Shown one piece after another: positions 57,591 to 64,000 of a DNA stretch of 64,000 bases. A program made the translations under genes and the position numbers. How positions within the stretch are numbered: the first letter of the stretch is position 1; the number at the start of each line of letters is the position of its first letter. The notes beneath the pieces were generated by a model. That model made no database searches, was not told the DNA's origin, and saw only the letters and a list, made by a program, of their open reading frames with translations. The DNA comes from Bacilli bacterium (GTDB taxonomy: Bacteria > Bacillota_I > Bacilli_A > RF39 > UBA660): NCBI GenBank assembly GCA_900753325.1, contig CAADYO010000009.1, positions 2,333 to 66,332 of the forward strand. The letters run 5' to 3'.

Positions 57591-59297
57591 ATGTATCATG
57601 CTTTATATAGAAAATATAGACCTCAAACATTTGATGATGTTGTAGGACAGAACTCTATTGTTACAACGCTTAAAAATTCGATAATCAATAAGACTTTTTC
57701 ACATGCTTATATGTTTTTTGGACCGAGAGGTACTGGAAAAACAACAGTTTCTAAAATTTTTGCTAGATCTATTAATTGTTTGAGTCCAGTTGATGGCTGT
57801 GCTTGTGGAAAATGTGATGCTTGTCTTCATTCTTTTGAAAAAGAATGTGTTGATATTATTGAAATAGACGCTGCTAGTAATAATGGTGTTGACGAAATAC
57901 GTGAACTTAAGAACAAGATTTCCTTAGTACCAGCTGAACTAAAATATAAAGTGTATATAATAGATGAAGTTCATATGCTATCTATTGGTGCTTTTAATGC
58001 TTTGCTTAAAACTTTAGAAGAGCCGCCTGAGCATGCTGTCTTTATTTTGGCTACTACTGATCCACAGAAAGTGCCAGAAACTATTATTTCTCGTTGTCAG
58101 TGTTTTTCTTTTAAAAGAATTTCTGAAAACTCTATTGTGGAAAGATTAAAAAATATTACCAATAAAGAAAATATTGCTATTGATGATAGTGTCTTAAATG
58201 ATATTGCTAATTTTTCTGATGGTGGGTTACGTGATGCATTAGGTTTATTAGATAAACTTAGTTCGTACACTAATAAGAAAGTTACTGCTGATTCTTTTGC
58301 TGAACTTAATGGTACTATTACAAATGCTGAACTGGAAAAATTTTCCAATTTGGTTTTTACTGGTGATATTTCTAGTATATTATTAAGCATTGAAACTTTT
58401 AATGACTCTGGTAAAAATTTAATTCAGGTTATTACTCAATTAATGAATTATTTACGCAATTTACTATTTTTATATTATACAAAGGGAGTTGAATTGATAG
58501 CTCCAATTGATCAAGTTATTAATTTGACTAATGTTATCAATAATAAGTTATTTGATATTAAAAAGACTGGTAATCCACGTGTATATATTGAAATGTTATT
58601 GATTGAATATGTGGAAAAAAATATTTTAAAAAGTAGTAATAAAATTATTTCCCGGGAAATAATTTCAAACGAATCTGTTGAAAAAGAAGAAACTAAAGTA
58701 CCACAAACAAATGTTTGCTATAGTCAAGACGATACTGTAGTACAGGAAACTAATAATGATTCAAAAAAGAATGTTTTGAGTGAAAACGTTGATATGCATG
58801 GTAGTTCTTCTAATGAGTGCGTTATTTTAAATATTAATGAAATTATGAAGGCTCGTGTTAATAATATTATGGCTGAAGCAAATAAAAAACTATTAAATGA
58901 TGTTATTAATAGTATTGGTATATTTAATGACTATACTTTTGATACTGAGATTGGCTTTGTTGCTTGTGCTTTATTGGATGCTAAAATACGTGCTGTAAGT
59001 AATAAGGGTATTATAATTAGTTATGAATATGATTCTATTGTGAAACAAAATATTTTGAATTTGAAAAAAATAACGGAAGTTTATAATAAGTTAACTAATT
59101 CTAATTATTCATTTGCTATTATCTCTGATAGTGATTGGAATACTGCAAAAGCTGATTATATTAAAACTATAAAATCTGGTGGTACTTATGAAATTATGAT
59201 TGAACCAGCTGAAGAAATATTGGAAGTGGATAAAAAAAATGATATAATATCTAATAGTGCAATTGAACTATTTGGTGATATTGTTGAAATTGATTAA
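57591..59297 (+). CDS. dnaX: DNA polymerase III subunit tau/gamma (DnaX)
   Basis: Start at MYHALYRKYRPQTFDDVVGQ; Walker A GPRGTGKTT; Zn module CxxC-CxxC; SRC motif. Confidence 0.9.
   Translation: MYHALYRKYRPQTFDDVVGQNSIVTTLKNSIINKTFSHAYMFFGPRGTGKTTVSKIFARSINCLSPVDGCACGKCDACLHSFEKECVDIIEIDAASNNGVDEIRELKNKISLVPAELKYKVYIIDEVHMLSIGAFNALLKTLEEPPEHAVFILATTDPQKVPETIISRCQCFSFKRISENSIVERLKNITNKENIAIDDSVLNDIANFSDGGLRDALGLLDKLSSYTNKKVTADSFAELNGTITNAELEKFSNLVFTGDISSILLSIETFNDSGKNLIQVITQLMNYLRNLLFLYYTKGVELIAPIDQVINLTNVINNKLFDIKKTGNPRVYIEMLLIEYVEKNILKSSNKIISREIISNESVEKEETKVPQTNVCYSQDDTVVQETNNDSKKNVLSENVDMHGSSSNECVILNINEIMKARVNNIMAEANKKLLNDVINSIGIFNDYTFDTEIGFVACALLDAKIRAVSNKGIIISYEYDSIVKQNILNLKKITEVYNKLTNSNYSFAIISDSDWNTAKADYIKTIKSGGTYEIMIEPAEEILEVDKKNDIISNSAIELFGDIVEID
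58646..58661. promoter_or_regulatory. Noc-binding site (NBS), perfect TATTTCCCGGGAAATA, inside the dnaX coding sequence
   Basis: Embedded in AAAATTATTTCCCGGGAAATAATTT (58641-58665). It encodes KIISREIIS of DnaX. Confidence 0.65.
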
Positions 59298-59311
59298 AAA
59301 AGGAGAATATT

Positions 59312-59608
59312 ATGAATATACAAGCTATGATGAAGCAAGCTCAGGCTTTGCAAAAGGATATGATGAAAACAAAAAAGGAAATAGATGAAAAGGAATTTAC
59401 TGGTGAAAGTTCTTTGGTTAAAATAACTTTATTAGGTTCTAAGGAAGTTAAATCTGTTAAAATTGATAATTCTTCAAGTTTAGATGCTGACGACATCGAA
59501 ATGTTGGAGGATATGATTATGGTTGCTTTCAATGAGGCTATTAAGAAAATTGATGATGAGACTGAAAAGAAAATGGGAAAATTTGCTAGTATTCCAGGTT
59601 TATTTTAA
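59312..59608 (+). CDS. ybaB: Nucleoid-associated protein YbaB/EbfC
   Basis: 98 aa; MMKQAQALQKDMMKTKKEI; ends PGLF as in Bacillus YaaK. Confidence 0.85.
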   Translation: MNIQAMMKQAQALQKDMMKTKKEIDEKEFTGESSLVKITLLGSKEVKSVKIDNSSSLDADDIEMLEDMIMVAFNEAIKKIDDETEKKMGKFASIPGLF

Positions 59609-59610
59609 TT

Positions 59611-60207
59611 ATGTATCCTAATAGTATTAAGAATTTGATTGAGTCTTTTAAGTTTTTACCAGGAATTGGTGAAAAAACTGCTGAGCGTTTGGCTTTTGCA
59701 GTTCTTGATTTGGATGATGATCAGGCAACTTTTTTCTCTAATAGTATTGAAAGTATCAAAAAGAATATTCATAAATGTCCAATTTGTAATACTTTGACTG
59801 ATGATGATTTTTGTTTTGTTTGCAGTAATAAACTTAGAAATGGTGATGTTTTATGTGTTGTTGATGACACGAAAAGTGTGTTTCTTTTTGAAAAACTGGG
59901 AATGTTTAATGGTTACTATCACGTTTTAGATGGATTAATTTCACCACTTGATGGTATTAATCCTGAAGATATAGGACTTGATAAGTTGATTGATAGAATT
60001 ACAAAAGAGAAATATAAGGAAATAATATTTGCTTTTAAGCCTAGTATTGAAGGTGAAACGACTGCTTTATATATCAAAAGAATTTTGTCTGATATGGATA
60101 TTGTTGTTACAAGATTAGCTAGTGGTTTACCAATAGGTGCTGATATGGAATATGTTGATAGTTTAACTTTAGAAAGGGCCTTGGTTGATCGAAAAGAAAT
60201 TGAATAA
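59611..60207 (+). CDS. recR: Recombination protein RecR
   Basis: 198 aa; HhH, C4 zinc finger CPICNTLTDDDFCFVC, Toprim. Confidence 0.9.
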   Translation: MYPNSIKNLIESFKFLPGIGEKTAERLAFAVLDLDDDQATFFSNSIESIKKNIHKCPICNTLTDDDFCFVCSNKLRNGDVLCVVDDTKSVFLFEKLGMFNGYYHVLDGLISPLDGINPEDIGLDKLIDRITKEKYKEIIFAFKPSIEGETTALYIKRILSDMDIVVTRLASGLPIGADMEYVDSLTLERALVDRKEIE

Positions 60208-60241
60208 TAGTATTTTTATTTCATAATCTTCTATAAAGGAG

Positions 60242-60436
60242 ATGGAAATGTTGAAAAAAATATTATTTATAATTAAAAGATTGGTTTTAAGCGCGTTTAT
60301 ATTGTATGGATATAATTTAATTGCTGTTAATTTTAATATGATTGTTCCTATTAATTATTATACTGTTGGTTTTGTTACTTTATTAGGGGCTCCAGCATTA
60401 GTTGCATTAGTCTTATTTAAAATTTTGGCATTGTAG
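60242..60436 (+). CDS. bofA: BofA-like small membrane protein (pro-sigma-K processing inhibitor family)
   Basis: 64 aa with 2 TM. IVPINYYTVGFVTLLGAPALVALVLFKIL aligns with B. subtilis BofA HVPINLVTTAISGILGIPGIAALVVIKQFI. Conserved position after recR. Confidence 0.55.
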   Translation: MEMLKKILFIIKRLVLSAFILYGYNLIAVNFNMIVPINYYTVGFVTLLGAPALVALVLFKILAL

Positions 60437-60447
60437 GGAGATTAGGT

Positions 60448-61290
60448 ATGTTTAGTATAAGTAAAAAAGATAGTCAGTTTGTTGATTTTATACAAAATGT
60501 TGTTGCTAATAATAAGATTTCCCATGCTTATATTATAGAATTGTGTGACTATGATAAAGACTTATACTTGGTTAAATGTTTTATTAAATTAGTTTTGTGT
60601 AAAAATAAGTGTAATTCTATTGAAAAGTTAAATTGCGGAAAGTGTAATATTTGTACTTTAGTTGATAATCATGATTATCCTGATGTTAGATACATTGAAC
60701 CCGATGGAAAAGAAATAAAAAAAGGTCAATTATTAGATTTACAGAAAGATTATATAAATAAGTCGTTGTTAGAGAATAAAAGAATTTATATAATTAAGGA
60801 AGCTGAAAAACTCAATGTGGCTGCAGCTAACACTTTACTTAAGTTTCTTGAGGAACCAGCTGATGATGTAATTGCAATTTTACTTACTAATAATAGATAC
60901 AAAGTTATTGAGACTATTTTGTCTAGATGTCAGGTTTTGACTCTTGGTAATGAAACTATGGAACAGGAATATTCTGAGGAAATAAATAAATTACTTTCAT
61001 TTATTGTTAATGGTGATAGCTTATTTATAAATTATAGTGATATACTTAATTTAATTCCTGATAAGACTTTTGCTTTGAATTATTTTAGAAGTGTAGAAAA
61101 TATATTTTTAGTCTATTTGCGTTTAAATAATACTAGTTACGATAGTCTTACTAATGTTACTAGGGAAAAAGTTGTTTTTTATTTAGAAACATTAGAAAAT
61201 GAACTTAGTAAATTAGAATATAATGTGAATTATAAACTATGGTTAGATTCATTGTTTGCAAAGTTGATTGGTGGTGATAGTGATGATTGA
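60448..61290 (+). CDS. holB: DNA polymerase III delta-prime subunit (HolB)
   Basis: 280 aa; degenerate P-loop region, zinc module CGKCNIC, SRC motif (ILSRCQV). Confidence 0.8.
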   Translation: MFSISKKDSQFVDFIQNVVANNKISHAYIIELCDYDKDLYLVKCFIKLVLCKNKCNSIEKLNCGKCNICTLVDNHDYPDVRYIEPDGKEIKKGQLLDLQKDYINKSLLENKRIYIIKEAEKLNVAAANTLLKFLEEPADDVIAILLTNNRYKVIETILSRCQVLTLGNETMEQEYSEEINKLLSFIVNGDSLFINYSDILNLIPDKTFALNYFRSVENIFLVYLRLNNTSYDSLTNVTREKVVFYLETLENELSKLEYNVNYKLWLDSLFAKLIGGDSDD

Positions 61291-62083
61291 TGTAGTAGTT
61301 GTTTGTTTTGATAATACAAAATTAATAGCTTATTTGGCTCCAGGCGAAAACACTTTAAAGGTATCTGATAAGGTTGTTGTTAGTACAGAAAATGGATTTC
61401 AGTTAGCTACTGTTAAGAAAAATACTTACAAAGAAAAAAAAGAGAATTTAGTGTTACCTTTGGATAAGGTTGTTCGTGTTGCTACTGATGAGGATTTACA
61501 TCAATTTAATGAAAACGTTAAAAATGCTGAAAAGGCTCTTGCCGATGCTAAGAAATTTAGTAAAGACCTTGGCTTAGAAATGAATTTTTTAGATGCTTCA
61601 TATAATCTTGATAAATCACAGTTATTATTTTCGTTTTTAGCTGATGATAGAGTTGATTTTAGAGAACTTGCTAAAAAGTTAGCGCAAAAGTATAAAACAA
61701 GAATAGAGTTAAGACAAATTGGTGTTAGGGATAAAGCTAAACGAGTTGGTGGTTTAGGTCCTTGTGGGTTATTCCTATGTTGTAATTCATTCTTAACTGA
61801 TTTTAATAGTGTATCCATTAATATGGCTAAAAATCAATTTTTAGCTCTTAGTCCTTCTAAAATTAATGGTGTTTGTGGTAGACTTTTATGTTGTTTAGGA
61901 TATGAAAATGATGTTTATACTGAATTAAAAAAGGGTATGCCAAAGATTGGGTCTATTGTTGAAACTGATTATGGTATTGGAAAAGTTGTTGAAATAGATG
62001 TTTTTAGAAGAAAATATAGTGTTGACTTGAAAGAAAAAGGTATCATTGAATTTGATCAGGATGGTGTAAATGGAAAAAATTAA
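61283..62083 (+). CDS. ricT: PSP1-domain protein RicT/YaaT (stage 0 sporulation / RNase Y specificity complex)
   Basis: Start at MIDVVVVCFDN. RIELRQIGVRDKAKRVGGLGPCGLFLCC and GVCGRLLCCL Cys clusters are identical in layout to B. subtilis YaaT. Confidence 0.8.
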   Translation: MIDVVVVCFDNTKLIAYLAPGENTLKVSDKVVVSTENGFQLATVKKNTYKEKKENLVLPLDKVVRVATDEDLHQFNENVKNAEKALADAKKFSKDLGLEMNFLDASYNLDKSQLLFSFLADDRVDFRELAKKLAQKYKTRIELRQIGVRDKAKRVGGLGPCGLFLCCNSFLTDFNSVSINMAKNQFLALSPSKINGVCGRLLCCLGYENDVYTELKKGMPKIGSIVETDYGIGKVVEIDVFRRKYSVDLKEKGIIEFDQDGVNGKN

Positions 62084-62819
62084 TGATATTCTTGGTTATA
62101 AAAATAGAAAGATATTTCAGGATGATGAGTGTTTCTCTTTTTCACTTGATAGTGTTATGCTTGCTAATTTTGTTACTATAAGGTTACGCGATAGAAATAT
62201 TTTGGATTTGGGTACTGGTAATGGTGCTATACCTTTAATAGTTTCTTTGCGTACTGATAAAAATATCGTTGGTGTTGAAATTCAAAAGCGCCTTTCTGAT
62301 ATGGCTGAAAAGTCAGTTAAATATAATAATCTTAGTGAACAAATTAAAATAATTAATGTTGATATGAAAGAGTTTGTTAATTCTAATAATATAGAGTTCT
62401 TTGATGTTATTACATGCAATCCTCCTTATTTTAGAGTTAATGAAAAAAATTATTTTAATTTAAGTTTAGAAAAACTTATAGCAAGGCATGAGGTAAAAGT
62501 CACTCTTAGTGATGTTTTTTATGTTTCTAGAAAGTTACTTAAAAATAATGGTAACCTTGCTATTGTCCATCGTCCTGAAAGGTTATTAGAAATATTTGAT
62601 TTGTTTAGAAAAAATTCTATTGAACCTAAGCGAATACGTTTTGTTTATGAGAAAGCTTCTAAGGAATCAACTTTAGTTTTAATTGAGGGCCAAAAAAATG
62701 GTAGACCTGGTCTTAAAATAGAAAAGCCGTTGATTCTATACAATGAAGATGGTAGTATGACTGGTGAGTATGAAAAATTATGTGTGGAGGTTAGAATAGA
62801 TGAGTCAAAAGAGTTATGA
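62070..62819 (+). CDS. SAM-dependent methyltransferase, YabB/TrmN6-like (tRNA adenine-N6 MTase family)
   Basis: 249 aa; LDLGTGNGAIPL and NPPYF motifs. Confidence 0.7.
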   Translation: MEKINDILGYKNRKIFQDDECFSFSLDSVMLANFVTIRLRDRNILDLGTGNGAIPLIVSLRTDKNIVGVEIQKRLSDMAEKSVKYNNLSEQIKIINVDMKEFVNSNNIEFFDVITCNPPYFRVNEKNYFNLSLEKLIARHEVKVTLSDVFYVSRKLLKNNGNLAIVHRPERLLEIFDLFRKNSIEPKRIRFVYEKASKESTLVLIEGQKNGRPGLKIEKPLILYNEDGSMTGEYEKLCVEVRIDESKEL

Positions 62820-63639
62820 TAATAGTCCTAGTTTGTATTTAATACCAACTCCGATTGGTAATTTAGATGATATTACAATCAGATCTTTAAATACTTTAAA
62901 ACTTGTTGATTTTATTTTATGTGAAGATACACGAGAAACTGGTAAACTTTTAAATAAGTATAATATAAAAAAGAGACTTGTTAGTTGTCATGAATTTAAT
63001 GAGGAAAAAGTTAAAGATTATGTTGTTTCTGAATTGAAAAAGGGTTTAAATATAGGTTTAGTTACTGATCAGGGAACTCCAATTATTAGTGATCCTGGAT
63101 ATGTTATTGTTAATTATGTTGTTTCTAATGGATTTAATGTTATTAGCCTTCCGGGTGCTACTGCTTTTGTTCCTGCTTTGACATGTTCTGGAATTTCTCC
63201 GTCACCATTTTTATTTTATGGATTTTTGAATGCTAAAAGTTCTAAGCAAAAACGCGAGTTACAGGCATTGAAAACTTTAAAATATACTATGATTTTTTAT
63301 GAAGCACCACATAGACTTTCAGATACTTTGGGAAACATGTTAGAAGTTTTTGGTGATCGATACATTTCAATTTCTAGAGAAATTTCTAAGATTCATGAGG
63401 AAATATATCGTAATAAGATAAGTGAATTAATTAAAATTTCAGATACTTTAAAGGGCGAGTTTGTTTTGATAGTTGAGGGTAATCATGATAACGTTGATTA
63501 TAGTGAATTATCTATTCAAGAACATATAAAATTGTATCTTGATGATGGTCTTAGTGAAAAGGATGCTATTAAATTAGTAGCTAAAGAAAGAAATGTTGCT
63601 AAATCTGTTATTTATAAAGAATATCATGTAGGGAAGTGA
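62800..63639 (+). CDS. rsmI: 16S rRNA (cytidine1402-2'-O)-methyltransferase RsmI
   Basis: 279 aa; tetrapyrrole-methylase fold LYLIPTPIGNLDDIT...CEDTR. Confidence 0.85.
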   Translation: MSQKSYDNSPSLYLIPTPIGNLDDITIRSLNTLKLVDFILCEDTRETGKLLNKYNIKKRLVSCHEFNEEKVKDYVVSELKKGLNIGLVTDQGTPIISDPGYVIVNYVVSNGFNVISLPGATAFVPALTCSGISPSPFLFYGFLNAKSSKQKRELQALKTLKYTMIFYEAPHRLSDTLGNMLEVFGDRYISISREISKIHEEIYRNKISELIKISDTLKGEFVLIVEGNHDNVDYSELSIQEHIKLYLDDGLSEKDAIKLVAKERNVAKSVIYKEYHVGK

Positions 63640-63643
63640 TTTT

Positions 63644-64000
63644 ATGAAGTTAGTTGTGGGTCTAGGTAATCCTGGTAAAGAATATGAAAAAACTCGTCAT
63701 AATATAGGGTTTATGGTTGTTGACAACTATTTATCTAAAAAAGGTATTAATTCAATTGAGTGGAAGAGTAAGTTTAATGGATTGTATTATCAGACTGTGA
63801 TAAATGGAGAAAAAGTTGTTTTTTTAAAGCCAACAACATATATGAATTTATCTGGTACTGCTGTTAGACAATTTGTTGATTATTTTAAGATTGATGTTTC
63901 TGATATTTTAATTATTTCTGATGATCTTGATTTAAAAGTTGGTAATTTTAAATTGAAAGGGTCTGGCTCTTCTGGAGGACACAATGGTCTAAAAAATATA
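63644..64000 (+). CDS. pth: Peptidyl-tRNA hydrolase (N-terminal part; gene runs off the window)
   Basis: MKLVVGLGNPGKEYEKTRHNIGFMVVD is the canonical Pth N-terminus; no stop before the window ends. Confidence 0.85.
   Translation, partial: MKLVVGLGNPGKEYEKTRHNIGFMVVDNYLSKKGINSIEWKSKFNGLYYQTVINGEKVVFLKPTTYMNLSGTAVRQFVDYFKIDVSDILIISDDLDLKVGNFKLKGSGSSGGHNGLKNI

Overview
This 64 kb window is the replication-origin region of a very AT-rich (about 27-28% GC) Bacillota chromosome. It uses the standard genetic code: all genes give clean full-length ORFs.

The gene order is the classic Firmicute oriC layout. On the minus strand, right to left: rpmH-rnpA-yidC-jag-mnmE-mnmG-rsmG-noc-parA-parB, followed by mscS, DUF951, abgT, ychF, rpsF-ssb-rpsR, a DHH phosphoesterase, rplI-dnaB and further genes. 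After two DnaA-box clusters, the plus strand carries dnaA-dnaN-[comK]-recF-gyrB-gyrA. A roughly 950 bp non-coding region follows, then ffs-tadA-dnaX-ybaB-recR-bofA-holB-ricT-(MTase)-rsmI-pth. Strand orientation flips at dnaA, as expected at an origin.

The left third of the window (minus strand) holds secA (partial), hpf, csp, tagO, mreB, an M23 peptidase, rpiB, rpmE, murA, fba, mntP, spoIIR, prmC-prfA, rpoE, argS, PBP1, lemA, pta, ung, rlmH, a walJ-like MBL hydrolase and an M23/LysM peptidase.

Main observations:
- The region between gyrA and ffs is a dedicated array of alternating perfect parS (ParB) sites and Noc-binding (NBS) sites, including one chimeric parS/NBS site. A further NBS lies inside dnaX.
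- The Noc paralog lacks the N-terminal membrane-targeting helix and carries a roughly 190 aa low-complexity C-terminal extension.
- There is a complete agr-type quorum-sensing locus (agrB, agrD, agrC, agrA). The ORF track misses the 40-codon AgrD autoinducer-precursor gene.
- A ComK-family competence regulator sits between dnaN and recF.
- A small (4.5S-type) SRP RNA lies upstream of tadA.
- A 768-aa orphan protein with internal repeats and a coiled-coil tail has no recognisable family.

SpoIIR, BofA, RicT/YaaT and M23 proteins suggest an endospore-forming or formerly spore-forming lineage.
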